The notes: generated by a model not told the origin, from the letters alone. Positions 30,867-41,827 are shown, counted from the first letter of the whole stretch. The stretch: 63,954 nucleotides of DNA, filler included, from Candidatus Babelota bacterium (GCA_017999075.1; 8 parts of 8 records of this genome joined end to end with filler, not necessarily neighbours in it); one strand, 5' to 3'. Program-made: numbers and translations.

Positions 30867-31430
30867 ATGGTTGTATTGATTGCGTTAGGTGTTCTTGTTT
30901 TGTTATTTTTAATTATAGCGTTTTACGCTGTTGGAGTGTATAACGGGATAGTCGGGCTGAAAAATCAGTCGGAAAATTCATGGTCTCAGATTAAAGTACA
31001 ATTGAACCGGAGGTATGATCTGATTCCTAATCTTGTTGAATCTGTAAAAGGATATTTGAAACATGAACGCGAAACTCTGGAAAAAGTTATTCAGGCGAGA
31101 AATATGGCTGCCGGTAGCGCTAACATTTCGGATAATATAAAAAATGATAATATGCTTACAGGCGCTTTGAAATCGTTATTTATGGTAATGGAAAATTATC
31201 CGGAACTTAAAGCAAATCAGAATGTTATGCATCTGCAGGAAGAACTCGTGTCAACTGAAAATAAAATAGCTTTTGCGCGTCAGCTTTATAACGATACTGT
31301 AATGCAATTCAATACATTGATTCAATCTTTTCCGCAAAACATTATAGCCAATTCATTTAATTTTAAAGCTTTTGATTTTTTCAATGTTGAATCTGAAGAA
31401 ACATTAAAGAGGCCTGAGGTTAAATTTTGA
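30867..31430 (+). CDS. lemA: LemA family protein
   Basis: N-terminal TM, 'QLNRRYDLIPNLV', 'ENYPELKA', 'ENKIAFARQLYN'. Confidence 0.95.
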   Translation: MVVLIALGVLVLLFLIIAFYAVGVYNGIVGLKNQSENSWSQIKVQLNRRYDLIPNLVESVKGYLKHERETLEKVIQARNMAAGSANISDNIKNDNMLTGALKSLFMVMENYPELKANQNVMHLQEELVSTENKIAFARQLYNDTVMQFNTLIQSFPQNIIANSFNFKAFDFFNVESEETLKRPEVKF

Positions 31431-33174
31431 AAAAAACTCCGGCGAATTCGGATTTCTGGGCTCTTCAAAAACAAAATAAATTACGGTTTAAACTGCTGCT
31501 GGCAATTCTCTGCGTAATTTATTCAGGTATATTTTATTTTGTGTTTGCTTCAACAATAATTATTTTAGGAAGCAGGCATTTTGGATTCGATAATTTATTT
31601 GAAATAATAAAAAGTTTAAAGTTTTTTATATATTCTTCAGCCGCAGGATTAATTTTTACATTATTTCAATACAAGTTTTCCAATAAAAACGGAGCAGATA
31701 CCATTGTAGAGTTACTTAAAGCCAATAAACCTGATAAAGAAGATTTTCTTCATAATCAAGTCATAAATATTCTTGAAGAAATAAAAATTGCTTCCGGATA
31801 TATCCATCGTGTTGATTTGGTTATATTGCCTACTTTATCGAAAAATGTTTTCTGCGTCGATATATCAGGATTTAAAGTTATAGGTTTAACGGAAGGAATA
31901 ATTTTTAAGTTTTCAAGAAATGAAATTCAGGCTCTTATATCTCAGCAGTTTACTCATTTAATAAACGGAGACACGGAAATAATATCATTTATATGTTCCA
32001 CACATACATTTTTTCAAAATATTGCTGACGCTATTTTGTTTTCCGGCACGATTAAAACTCCGCGTGCAAGGAAATCTTTGTTTTCTGATAAAGGCGAAGG
32101 CGAATCCATATCATTCAACCTGCATACTTTTCTTATTTACGGGGTTCTTGTTGCGGCACAGGTTATTATAAAACTTCTTAATGTTACAATATCCCGTAAC
32201 CGTGAATTTTTTGCGGATTACAAAGCTGTTGAATATACCAGAAATCCTATGGCGTTAGCAGAAGCTTTATATAAAATCAGCGAATCAAGAATAAGTAAGA
32301 ATATAGGACTTCATCAGAACTTATCTGCATTGTTTATAGTTCCTCCGGAAAGTTTCTCGATTAATGAAAAAAAAGGTTTGATAGCGGAATTGTTTTCGAC
32401 TCATCCTCCTGTTAAAGAACGGATAGATAAACTTATTGAAATGGCTGGAATGTCGGTTAAATATTTTTATTTTGATAAAGGAAGAAAAGATTATATTAAA
32501 AATAAAAAAAACATTGAATCTGATACGTATATTGACGGATCAAAAAATGAAACTTGTAAATCGCAAGTAAACAATGTTGAAAATTCTTCTGGCGAAGGGA
32601 ATAAAGATAAAGAAGAAAAACAGATGTACTATGTTTATAATCAGGATAAATGGGAAGGACCTTTTGAAAAAAATTGTTTGTTTTCTCTTCAATATTTAAT
32701 GCCGGACTCTTATGTGAATATTGCAGGCAGAGATACTGTAGGAAGATTGACAGAAATATTGCCTGAATTCGGATTTTTGGAAAATAAAAGTTCTGAAACT
32801 GCGTGTCCGAGATGCGGAGAGATGGGAGGAACTCTGGTTAAAATTAAATATGAATATGTTCCTGTTGAAAAATGCAGGCGTTGTTCAGGATATCTGGTAC
32901 ATACCAATAAAGTTATAAGAATATTAAATAGAAGTATAGAACAAATATCTTCTGATAAAATAAAAATTGCGGAAACTTATTTGAAAAGTATAGTTACCAA
33001 ACACAAAAAAGTTTTTGAACTGGATTCGACTAAACTCTTGAAATGCCCTAAATGCAAACAAAATATGATACGGTGTTTTTATAATTATATAGATTATATT
33101 GTTGTAGACAGATGCCTTGTTTGCAATTTAACCTGGTTTGATGCTAAAGAACTAGAAATGCTTAAGTATTATGT
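31427..33174 (+). CDS. M48/HtpX-like membrane protease homologue with degenerate zinc motif, GYF_2-like domain and two zinc ribbons (3' truncated)
   Basis: Follows lemA. 'SRNREFFAD' and 'STHPPVKERI' are retained, but the HExxH position reads QQFTH. C-terminal CPRC/CRRC and CPKC/CLVC pairs. Confidence 0.8.
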
Positions 33175-33274
33175 NNNNNNNNNNNNNNNNNNNNNNNNNN
33201 NNNNNNNNNNNNNNNNNNTTAATTAATTAANNNNNNNNNNNNNNNNNNNNNNNNNNNNNNNNNNNNNNNNNNNN
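33175..33274. other. Artificial contig linker
   Basis: N44-TTAATTAATTAA-N44. Confidence 0.99.
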
Positions 33275-33355
33275 TAATAAAATCAAATCTATTAAAAAAA
33301 GTATCACGGCATATAATTTAGTTTTTATAATTTTCAATATAATGCTTTTCATATT

Positions 33356-34735
33356 TTAATATGACCCTCTTGCAGTTATAACAGTAGTTATGGTTTTCAA
33401 AAAAATATATAGATCAAGTCCTAATGTCCATTGTTCAATATAATAAATATCAAGTTTAACCATTTCTGTAAAACTCAAATCACTTCTTCCTCTAACCTGC
33501 CATAAACCTGTTAATCCGGGCATAACTGAAAGTCTGCGTTTATGCCATTCCTCATATTTTTCAACTTCTGAAGGTATCGGCGGCCTAGGTCCTATCAAAC
33601 TCATCTCACCTTTTAAAACATTATATAACTGAGGCAATTCATCTATACTAAATTTTCTTAAAAAAGACCCGAATGCAGTAACCCTGGGATCTTTCCTTAT
33701 CTTAAAGATAGGACCGTCAGCTTCATTAAATTTTTTCAAACCGTCTAATTTTTTTTCAGCGTCGGCACACATTGTTCTGAATTTATAAAAAACAAATAAT
33801 TTTCCTTTTCTTCCAACCCGTTTTTGTTTAAAAAAAACAGGTCCTGGAGAATCAATTTTTATAAACAACATTATTATCAATAAAAAAGGCGCTAAACTTA
33901 TAAGCAGTATCAAACTCAATGAAATGTCCATCAGCCGTTTCAACAAAAATTTTATACCTGTCAATGGAGTATCAATTATCTTCAAAAAAGTTAAATTTGA
34001 AATTTTATAAGGCACAGAAACGCTGGTAATAATATTATACGAATCTGGCACAAAATAAGAAATTATTCCATTTTTTTTTAAATCACCGGCAAGCCGTTTA
34101 TATATATCCAAATACGATGCCTGATTTGTCATAATAATTTCTTTCACATTATTCTGAATCAAAAATTCTTTTACAGAATCAAATTTTTTTTCAAGTTCAG
34201 AAACATCAAATATCTTTACAAGGCGCAATCCATATTTAATATAAGACAAAATTTTAGTTTCAATAATTTTCGTATCTCCGGGCTGACCTATCAAAACAAT
34301 ATTTGAAACATCGTCACCTGATTTCCTTAATTTCATTATTTCAGATAAAATATATAACCTAAAAATAACCAATATAAACGCAGTGCTTATAAAACTGAAT
34401 GTAACTCGCCTTGGAGCAAGAAAAAGATTTTTTGATAAAAACAATAAAAACATAAATACTATAAATTGAGCGCACAACCCTTTTATTAAAATTTTAACGT
34501 CTCTTGCTATAGATATTATCCTGAATCTATGATAATATCCCTGATGATTAAGATTTTTTAAAAAAAAATAACTTGAAACGCAAAGAATCATTATGAAATG
34601 TATCAAAGCCTGCAAATTAAATTTATAATAATATTTAGGCGTGGTCAAAAAGAAAATAAGGTATATGGAAAACAGCGCTGCCAGATCAATTATTTTTAAA
34701 TTTATTCCTGATTTTAGTTTTCCAGCATTTTTCAT
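33356..34735 (-). CDS. Polyprenyl glycosylphosphotransferase (WcaJ/CpsE-type initiating sugar transferase)
   Basis: 'KRLMDI', 'KFRTM', 'DPRVT', 'IDELPQLYNVLKGEMSLIGPRP', 'PGLTGLWQV'. Confidence 0.95.
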   Translation of the reverse strand: MKNAGKLKSGINLKIIDLAALFSIYLIFFLTTPKYYYKFNLQALIHFIMILCVSSYFFLKNLNHQGYYHRFRIISIARDVKILIKGLCAQFIVFMFLLFLSKNLFLAPRRVTFSFISTAFILVIFRLYILSEIMKLRKSGDDVSNIVLIGQPGDTKIIETKILSYIKYGLRLVKIFDVSELEKKFDSVKEFLIQNNVKEIIMTNQASYLDIYKRLAGDLKKNGIISYFVPDSYNIITSVSVPYKISNLTFLKIIDTPLTGIKFLLKRLMDISLSLILLISLAPFLLIIMLFIKIDSPGPVFFKQKRVGRKGKLFVFYKFRTMCADAEKKLDGLKKFNEADGPIFKIRKDPRVTAFGSFLRKFSIDELPQLYNVLKGEMSLIGPRPPIPSEVEKYEEWHKRRLSVMPGLTGLWQVRGRSDLSFTEMVKLDIYYIEQWTLGLDLYIFLKTITTVITARGSY

Positions 34736-35499
34736 ATTTTTTTCTCTATGCCTTTATTGAAATGATTTTTTAATAAATCATATAAAAATATAAAAATAAA
34801 TTTCGGATATTCCAAAAAATATCGTTTAAATAAATACGGTTCATCGTATATTCTGTATAACCATCTTAAACTGAATTTATCGACAAAATGAGGATAGTAA
34901 TATAATTTTTTAGCGGCCTGATGAATAAAGCCTCCACACGAAAATCCTATCCCTGACCAATTATTATTAAGAAGCTCAATCAAAAATTCTTCCTGCAGCG
35001 GAGCTCCCATTCCTGTAATAACAATATCGGGATTTAATGCTGTAATATTTTTTATAACTCTGATTTTCTCATTATTATCAAAAAAATATCCGTTTCTAAA
35101 TCCAGAAATTTTCAACCCCGGAAATTTATTTTTTATATTATCAATGCTTTTATCTACAATGTCGTCCTTAGCTCCGATAAAATAAACAGACAGTTTATTA
35201 TTCGCTGCCTGTTCGAATACAAATGGAGCAATTGAAGTCATATCAAAACTTTTCCGTTCACAATCTGAAACAGAAAAAAAATTTAAAAATTTTACAAGCA
35301 GCATGCCGTCAATAAATATATGGTTAAATTTGTTATATAATTCAGGATTTTTTCTGCCTATCAAATATGTATACGGATTCAAAAAAGTAAAAATTCGAGA
35401 ATTGAATTCACTGTTATTTTTATTTTTCAAAAAGTTGAATAAATCTGCTAATTCCGGTGTATTTCTCCGGCTGGTTTTAGTTTTAAGTATGCTTATCAT
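34732..35499 (-). CDS. WecB/TagA/CpsF (GT26) glycosyltransferase
   Basis: 'IDG', 'GFRNGYF', 'GMGAPLQE', 'WLYRIYDEP..FKRY'. Confidence 0.9.
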   Translation of the reverse strand: MISILKTKTSRRNTPELADLFNFLKNKNNSEFNSRIFTFLNPYTYLIGRKNPELYNKFNHIFIDGMLLVKFLNFFSVSDCERKSFDMTSIAPFVFEQAANNKLSVYFIGAKDDIVDKSIDNIKNKFPGLKISGFRNGYFFDNNEKIRVIKNITALNPDIVITGMGAPLQEEFLIELLNNNWSGIGFSCGGFIHQAAKKLYYYPHFVDKFSLRWLYRIYDEPYLFKRYFLEYPKFIFIFLYDLLKNHFNKGIEKKI

Positions 35500-36569
35500 A
35501 TTTTAAGATATTCGGAAATATTTTTCAAAGTTGCAAGTTTGGTCATTCTGTAAATCGAACAATTTTTAGAAATGCCTATTTTATCTATAGTTATAATTCT
35601 GTCGGCAGGATAATTTTTTTCAATCATATCAAGAACAACCGCAGACCCGAAATTTATTATATACGCATATTCAAAAAAATCTATGTCTTCCGCTATATCA
35701 ATATTTTCTATAATATTAATTTTATCAGAATTCACATATTTTAAAAATTTGGATTCTGATTCAAGCGGATGAATTTTCACATAAATGTTAAAACCCGCCT
35801 CATTCAAACTTCTAAATAATATATTGTACATTTCAATCTCGGATTTTTTAGACATCAGTCTTCCTTCAGATAAACACGATGTTATGATCAGAACTTTTCT
35901 AGTGCCATTGATTTGTTTTGCACATCCGTTATTTTCAACTTTCATTTTATAATATATTTTATTAGGGTTTCTGTAATTCAGCAGATGTTCCCATCTCACA
36001 TACACATCATCAATAACACTCGATGTCCCAAACACTCTATAATATTTATAGGGAAAATTAAAAAATATTTTTGAAATAGGTGGATAAATTATTTTCAAAA
36101 AATAATCAATCGGTTTGTTTTTATTATAATAAGATGCACCTTCATCTATTGCAGTTATCTTTATAGAATCTGCAACCTGTTTTAACTGAAAAATAAAAAT
36201 TTGAGTAAAAACATCTTTTTCAGAAAAGATTATCAATCTAATGCTCATATTTTTATAAGGAGCAACATATCTTGAAATTTTTATTTTTAAAGAATAAATA
36301 AAGCGCCTGTATTCCAGCAATTTAACTAAAGGGTTTTTTAAAAAGTCGATTTGTCTGAATTTATAATCTCTGATTTCTACAATTTTAGAGCTTGGAAACT
36401 TTTCAATCAGGTATTCTTTATTAACGTATTGACTTATAAAAAAAACATATTCTCTGCCATAAAAATCTTTATTGGTATTATCTTCAGCAACACGTAAAAA
36501 CTGACGCAAATGAAACGGCGTTTTAATAATTACTGCATTCATTTTTTTTTTTAATAACAAAAGATTCAA
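35496..36569 (-). CDS. Putative sialyl/nonulosonyl-transferase-like GT-B enzyme
   Basis: 'IKTPFHL', D/E-D/E-G motif 'IDEG' and HP motif 'KIHPLE'. The real start may be a downstream ATG (MNAVII). Confidence 0.6.
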   Translation of the reverse strand: MNLLLLKKKMNAVIIKTPFHLRQFLRVAEDNTNKDFYGREYVFFISQYVNKEYLIEKFPSSKIVEIRDYKFRQIDFLKNPLVKLLEYRRFIYSLKIKISRYVAPYKNMSIRLIIFSEKDVFTQIFIFQLKQVADSIKITAIDEGASYYNKNKPIDYFLKIIYPPISKIFFNFPYKYYRVFGTSSVIDDVYVRWEHLLNYRNPNKIYYKMKVENNGCAKQINGTRKVLIITSCLSEGRLMSKKSEIEMYNILFRSLNEAGFNIYVKIHPLESESKFLKYVNSDKINIIENIDIAEDIDFFEYAYIINFGSAVVLDMIEKNYPADRIITIDKIGISKNCSIYRMTKLATLKNISEYLKI

Positions 36570-37770
36570 TTGTATTCAAACATTTTTCAGAACTGCCGCA
36601 ATCAAATTCAGTATAATTAATTTCAACCCATTTTCTGCAAATACCGCATGCTTTTTCATAATAAACAGGATCACTTAAAAGTTTGTTAAGTTTTTCCGTG
36701 AACGTGCCGGAATTTTCAGCAAACAAGAAATCATCATTCAATTCATCATAAAAAGATTTTTTGTTACCCGTGAAATCAATACTTATAGCCGGTTTGCCGT
36801 GTATAATCGACATTCCAAGAACTGCGCTGAAATGTCCAATCGACAGAAATCCGGAATCAATAAGATTTTCAAGTAAAATCTCATTATCAGAAAAAAAATA
36901 TTTTTCGCCTGTTAAAACTGATTTATAAATCTTCCTGATATTTTCAGGTTCACGAGGATGAAATCTTATAATAAATACGGCATTTCGATTACAGTCATCC
37001 ATAGATTTTTTTATCAGCTTGATAGAATGCTTCAAATATTCCATCCCATAAATTTCCTGTATTGCTTCAGTAAAAAAAATTATTTTTTTCACACTGCATT
37101 CCATTTTATTTTTTTCAGAAGAAACAAACTTATTTTTCATAAGAATTTTTTCAAAAACAGGATTCCCTGTTATTTCAATATTCTCCGCGCTAATGCCAAG
37201 CTGCAGCAAATGTTTTTTCAAAGATTCACCAGAAACCATATATACAGAATTCCTGTTTTCTGCTGCATTGCAGTTCCAGTTTAAAACATAATCTAATCCG
37301 ATTTTCACAAATATTTTTTCAACAAACCTATTATATTTTTTGATATCAGGTTTATCTTTTGTTAACCACAGGCTTGCAACAGGAATTCTAAGTTTTAAAC
37401 ATAAGGACTGAATCAATCTTATATACAATCCTCCAAGAGATGAACCAATAATTAAACAATCAGGTTTAAGGATTATGATTCTAAATACCAATATAATTGA
37501 ATTTAAAATCTGAAAAAACCTATGACAAATTTTTAAATTTGAATCAGAACTATTTTTAAAAAATAATAGCGGAAGCTTAATTATTTGTGCGCTGGAATCT
37601 CTCCTCAAGCGTTTTATATCAAAATTATCTATTGATTTATCCGCAGCATTCAATTTTTTGGAATAAATAAAAAAACATCTATGTTTATTTTTATCAGCCG
37701 CTTTTTTAATTATCTCATAAAATATATCAAACTGAATATAATAATACCACGGTACAAACAATAGTTTCAT
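36523..37770 (-). CDS. GT-B capsule/surface-polysaccharide biosynthesis protein
   Basis: 'IEITGNP', 'RFHPRE', 'FSAVLGMSII..KP'; lies within the polysaccharide operon. Confidence 0.6.
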   Translation of the reverse strand: MKLLFVPWYYYIQFDIFYEIIKKAADKNKHRCFFIYSKKLNAADKSIDNFDIKRLRRDSSAQIIKLPLLFFKNSSDSNLKICHRFFQILNSIILVFRIIILKPDCLIIGSSLGGLYIRLIQSLCLKLRIPVASLWLTKDKPDIKKYNRFVEKIFVKIGLDYVLNWNCNAAENRNSVYMVSGESLKKHLLQLGISAENIEITGNPVFEKILMKNKFVSSEKNKMECSVKKIIFFTEAIQEIYGMEYLKHSIKLIKKSMDDCNRNAVFIIRFHPREPENIRKIYKSVLTGEKYFFSDNEILLENLIDSGFLSIGHFSAVLGMSIIHGKPAISIDFTGNKKSFYDELNDDFLFAENSGTFTEKLNKLLSDPVYYEKACGICRKWVEINYTEFDCGSSEKCLNTIESFVIKKKNECSNY

Positions 37771-37791
37771 GATAGGGCATTATTAAAAAAA

Positions 37792-38799
37792 TCATGTTAT
37801 CGGGCACAAATCTTTTTTAATACCCGTAACTTTTTTTATATGAGAGTTGAATATTTTAAAAAGTTCTTTGTGGATTACAAATGATTTTTCCAAATCAGGC
37901 AATCTGCTTTCTTTTTTTAATAATATTTCTTCAGCTAACATCGAAGTCAACTGGCTTGTGTAAACAATGTTGAAAGGAACTTCTTCAGAATTCAATCCAT
38001 TCAAAATTTTAAAAATATAAGCCGAATTTTTACTTTCATCAATTTTAATCCTGTAATTATCCGAAAGAATTTCTATCTGTACCGGAACCATATTTCCAGA
38101 ATGAAATTGTACAGAACAAAAATTTTCATTTATTTTTCCTGTAATAACTCCTGAAAATTCTGAAAGTTCAGTTCCCCTCTGATTTTTTAAAATCTCCTGC
38201 GATAAATATTCACCTTCAAGATTTAATTTCCCTTTATCTCCGCATAACGCATAAAACAAATCTATAAAATGAACGGCGTTGCATCCAAGTCCATGGTTTC
38301 CGGAAATAACATTAAAATATATTTTGGTTTCAGTTTTAAATTTTTCAATCAAGCCAGCGTAAAAAGGAAAATATCTTCGCGTGCAGTTAATCCAGCCTTT
38401 AGCTTCATTTTTTTTAAAAGCCTTAATTATGGTTTTAAATTCATCTTCCGACTGACAAACCATTTTTTCAATCAAAAAACATTTTATTCCCAATTTCAAT
38501 AAATCTAATAAAATATTTTTTCTGCCGGCAGCGGTTGTAGCTACAATGGCCAAATCATAACTATTTTCTAATTTTTCATGAGAAGTATACCATTCGATTT
38601 TGATATTTCTATTTTTTAAGAATTCCTGATTAGCCTCAGAAATTCTTGTAATTGCAGTTTGAGTGTTTTTTTCATTCGGTTCTACAACATCTATATTCAT
38701 TGTGAATTTGTCTATATTCAATAAAGATTGCAGATGCCGGCTTCCAAGCTGGCCGCATCCGATAATAACAATTTTTTTATGTTCCATAAAACTCATCAA
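37792..38799 (-). CDS. Gfo/Idh/MocA family NAD(P)-dependent oxidoreductase
   Basis: 'IIGCGQLGSRHL', 'FLIEK', 'GLGCNAVHFID'. Confidence 0.85.
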   Translation of the reverse strand: MMSFMEHKKIVIIGCGQLGSRHLQSLLNIDKFTMNIDVVEPNEKNTQTAITRISEANQEFLKNRNIKIEWYTSHEKLENSYDLAIVATTAAGRKNILLDLLKLGIKCFLIEKMVCQSEDEFKTIIKAFKKNEAKGWINCTRRYFPFYAGLIEKFKTETKIYFNVISGNHGLGCNAVHFIDLFYALCGDKGKLNLEGEYLSQEILKNQRGTELSEFSGVITGKINENFCSVQFHSGNMVPVQIEILSDNYRIKIDESKNSAYIFKILNGLNSEEVPFNIVYTSQLTSMLAEEILLKKESRLPDLEKSFVIHKELFKIFNSHIKKVTGIKKDLCPIT

Positions 38800-38807
38800 C
38801 TCCGATT

Positions 38808-40652
38808 TTATTTTTTTCTAATTCTATCAATAATTAAATTTACCGCATTATTCGACGCATTTCCTCCTGAATTTCCAAAAAGCTTATAAAATTGTGTTTT
38901 GGAAAATTTTCTAAAATTATTTTGTTTTTCTTCATCAGACAAATATTCTATCATATTAGCTTCAAGGTTTTCCGGAGAATCGTTAAACACAGTCATATTT
39001 CTGTAATTTTCAACATATCCTATTTCAAAATAATATTTTGTTTCAGGATAATTCAACATAAAACACAAATTGTCAAGTAAAACGGCTTCACCCATAATCG
39101 ATGAAAATGTGCCAACGCACCAATCAGTTACTGAAAGCAAATCAGCATTATGAACTATCAAATCCTGCGGAGCAAAATAAATTTTCGAGGTATCTAATGC
39201 GGCGCAGCTTTCAAGAAAACCCATATTATCGCTTGACCAAGGTTTTATAATAATATCAAATCCGAATTTGTAACCTAATTTAATTAATATTTTAAGTGTT
39301 TTATGATAGTTTTCCCTTATGATTAAAGCCGTATCTAAAACATCCACCTGAGCTGTAAACAATAAATATCTTTTATCAGGATTCAATTTTAAAATTTCAG
39401 AGATTTTTTTTCTTGTTTCTTCACTTTTTGTTTTCAGAATTTTCCAGTGTCTGTCAAGCCTGGGATAACCCGTAACTTCTACAGAATCAGACGGGTATCC
39501 GAACGACAAAAAATTTTTTTTATGAAATTCGCTCCACACAAAAACTTTATCAGGTATACAAAACGCGTTTTGACGCTTATTTTCCGATGTCCAATATCCA
39601 TTTTCCGAACGATTCAACCCGTGATGATACGGACCCAATGCCTGCTGCATTCCAAAAATATAAATATTAAGCATTCTCGCCGCAGAAACCAACGGTCTAA
39701 AAACTCCTTCCCAGTTATAAACAAACACCGCTTCAGATTTTATTTTATCCAACAGCTTCAAATACAAATCATATTCTGCTATTTTATGCTGAAAAATTTC
39801 TTTTAAATTTTCAAAAGATAAATAATCTGAAATTATATCATATGCCAATGAATATATTTCTTCTAAAACTTTTATATATCCGTTATCCAATGGTTTAGGC
39901 GATTTAACAGGCAGCTTATGTTTAAAAAAATTCCAGTTAAAAGAAGATAATTCAAAATCAAACGGAGTTTTTGAAAAACACTCAAATTCATTTCCCATCT
40001 GTTCTGAAAGAGATTCCATTATTCCTTCAGCATAAGGTAAAACAGTATAATAATTCTCATTTTGAAAATCAAAATGATTACGCAGATTTTCATATTCAAC
40101 TATACTCAAAAGTTTTTTTTTATTTAATTTGAACAGTTGGATATTCTGAAATATATCCCGCGCTAATAAACGGCTTTTTGTTTTAATTTCATTTTTCAAA
40201 GATTTTTTTTGTTTTTTAGTTACAACTAAACGCTGACAATATCTTATTTTAGACGTGTTAAGCGGTAAATTTTCAATAACAATGTCTTTAAAAATTTTTC
40301 TTTTAAATCTTTCTATACATTCTTTTTTCCGTAAAACAAGATAAGCAGGTTCCTGGAACGAGATTTCTATAAACCACCATGCGCTGATATTTTTATAAAT
40401 TAAAGAATCAAACACAGGTTTTCCTGTAGTTTTTAAAATTTTATTTGATAGTTCTGCAACATAATTACGTGCTTTATCTCTAATTCTATCTTCTGCTGTT
40501 TCAGGACCGAATTCAGAAATATGATAAATGTTCTTATTCTTTATGATATCAGGAAAACTTTTCGAATCAAAAACAGCAAATTCATTTTCAGACAATTTTT
40601 TTTTATTTAAATCCGAATCGCCATTAATCAGAAACAATGTTTTAAACTCCAT
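38808..40652 (-). CDS. Surface carbohydrate biosynthesis GT-B-like protein
   Basis: 'VEVTGYPRLD', 'FSSIMGEAVL'; same superfamily pattern as 36523..37770. Confidence 0.5.
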   Translation of the reverse strand: MEFKTLFLINGDSDLNKKKLSENEFAVFDSKSFPDIIKNKNIYHISEFGPETAEDRIRDKARNYVAELSNKILKTTGKPVFDSLIYKNISAWWFIEISFQEPAYLVLRKKECIERFKRKIFKDIVIENLPLNTSKIRYCQRLVVTKKQKKSLKNEIKTKSRLLARDIFQNIQLFKLNKKKLLSIVEYENLRNHFDFQNENYYTVLPYAEGIMESLSEQMGNEFECFSKTPFDFELSSFNWNFFKHKLPVKSPKPLDNGYIKVLEEIYSLAYDIISDYLSFENLKEIFQHKIAEYDLYLKLLDKIKSEAVFVYNWEGVFRPLVSAARMLNIYIFGMQQALGPYHHGLNRSENGYWTSENKRQNAFCIPDKVFVWSEFHKKNFLSFGYPSDSVEVTGYPRLDRHWKILKTKSEETRKKISEILKLNPDKRYLLFTAQVDVLDTALIIRENYHKTLKILIKLGYKFGFDIIIKPWSSDNMGFLESCAALDTSKIYFAPQDLIVHNADLLSVTDWCVGTFSSIMGEAVLLDNLCFMLNYPETKYYFEIGYVENYRNMTVFNDSPENLEANMIEYLSDEEKQNNFRKFSKTQFYKLFGNSGGNASNNAVNLIIDRIRKK

Positions 40653-41411
40653 TTATTTGATACCTCCGGACTGAAACTGCTGCTGCTGATTAATAATTTG
40701 AGTTCCGCTTAATGTCAAAGCAGCTACACCCATATCAATATTTGAATTATTTATTTCATTAGACATATGCAATTCATTGAAATAATATGTTACTGCAATA
40801 TCAGGATCTCCGTAATAAATCTGTTTTCCATGTGATATAAGTAATGCCTTATTACATTTTTGCTTAACAAATGAAACGCTGTGAGTCACTATAACTACCA
40901 CTTTTGCTTTATCAATCAGTTCATCCATACGTTTTGCGGCTTTTTGCTGAAACTTTATATCACCTGCGCTGAGCAATTCATCAAGCATTAAAATTTCAGG
41001 GGCAATATTTGTAGCTATAGAAAACACAAGCCTGCTCTTCATTCCATCCGAATAAAATTTAAAAGGCTGATCTATAAATTCTGACAATTCTGAAAATTCT
41101 ACTATTTCATCAAATATTTTGTCGATTTTATTTTTTGTCAATCCCATAAAACAACCAGCCAGATAAATATTATCCCTGCCGCTTAATTCATTTCGTATTC
41201 CCATTCCAGGACTTAACAGCAAATGTTGTCCGAAAATCCCGATTTTCCCTGTTTTTATAGGGACCAATCCTGCAATTGCTTTAAGCAAAGTGCTTTTACC
41301 TGCGCCGTTTGCTCCTATTATTCCAATAATATCTCCTTTATAAACTTTAAAATTAATATTCGTCAGTGCATAAAAATAATCAAGTTTTTTCCTTTTCAAC
41401 AAACGCGCTAC
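40653..41411 (-). CDS. Polysaccharide export ABC transporter ATPase (Wzt/TagH/KpsT family), 5' truncated
   Basis: Walker A 'GANGAGKST', 'LSGRDNI', signature 'YSDGMKSRL', 'LDELLSAGD', 'VTH'. Confidence 0.92.
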   Translation of the reverse strand, partial: VARLLKRKKLDYFYALTNINFKVYKGDIIGIIGANGAGKSTLLKAIAGLVPIKTGKIGIFGQHLLLSPGMGIRNELSGRDNIYLAGCFMGLTKNKIDKIFDEIVEFSELSEFIDQPFKFYSDGMKSRLVFSIATNIAPEILMLDELLSAGDIKFQQKAAKRMDELIDKAKVVVIVTHSVSFVKQKCNKALLISHGKQIYYGDPDIAVTYYFNELHMSNEINNSNIDMGVAALTLSGTQIINQQQQFQSGGIK

Positions 41412-41511
41412 NNNNNNNNNNNNNNNNNNNNNNNNNNNNNNNNNNNNNNNNNNNNTTAATTAATTAANNNNNNNNNNNNNNNNNNNNNNNNNNNNNNNNN
41501 NNNNNNNNNNN
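41412..41511. other. Artificial contig linker
   Basis: N44-TTAATTAATTAA-N44. Confidence 0.99.
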
Positions 41512-41744
41512 ATGTTATATTTCCGCTTGCCTCGACTTCTGCCAACACATCCGGCGAAACAGAAATTTCTGATTTTGAGACTGCGTATAAAAAATTTCAT
41601 AATAAAGTTGACGCTATAATAAAATATTCTGAAAATATAAATAAATTAAATACAATGGTGGAATTCGATGATTCCGGAGAATACAGAATTTTAAGAGAAG
41701 GTAAATATAATTCGTTTGAAATAGCGAAATTGCTTGACGAATAA
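41512..41744 (+). CDS. tsaC: L-threonylcarbamoyladenylate synthase (TsaC/YrdC/Sua5), C-terminal fragment (missed by the ORF track)
   Basis: Translation from 41514: 'VIFPLASTSANTSGE...VDAII...NTMVEF...YRILREG...*'. Confidence 0.8.
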
Positions 41745-41827
41745 AAATTTGTTATATAAAATTATTTTTTTATAATAAAAGTTAAAAACAATTCATTACA
41801 TTCATTTATTAAAATTGGAGACTTATT

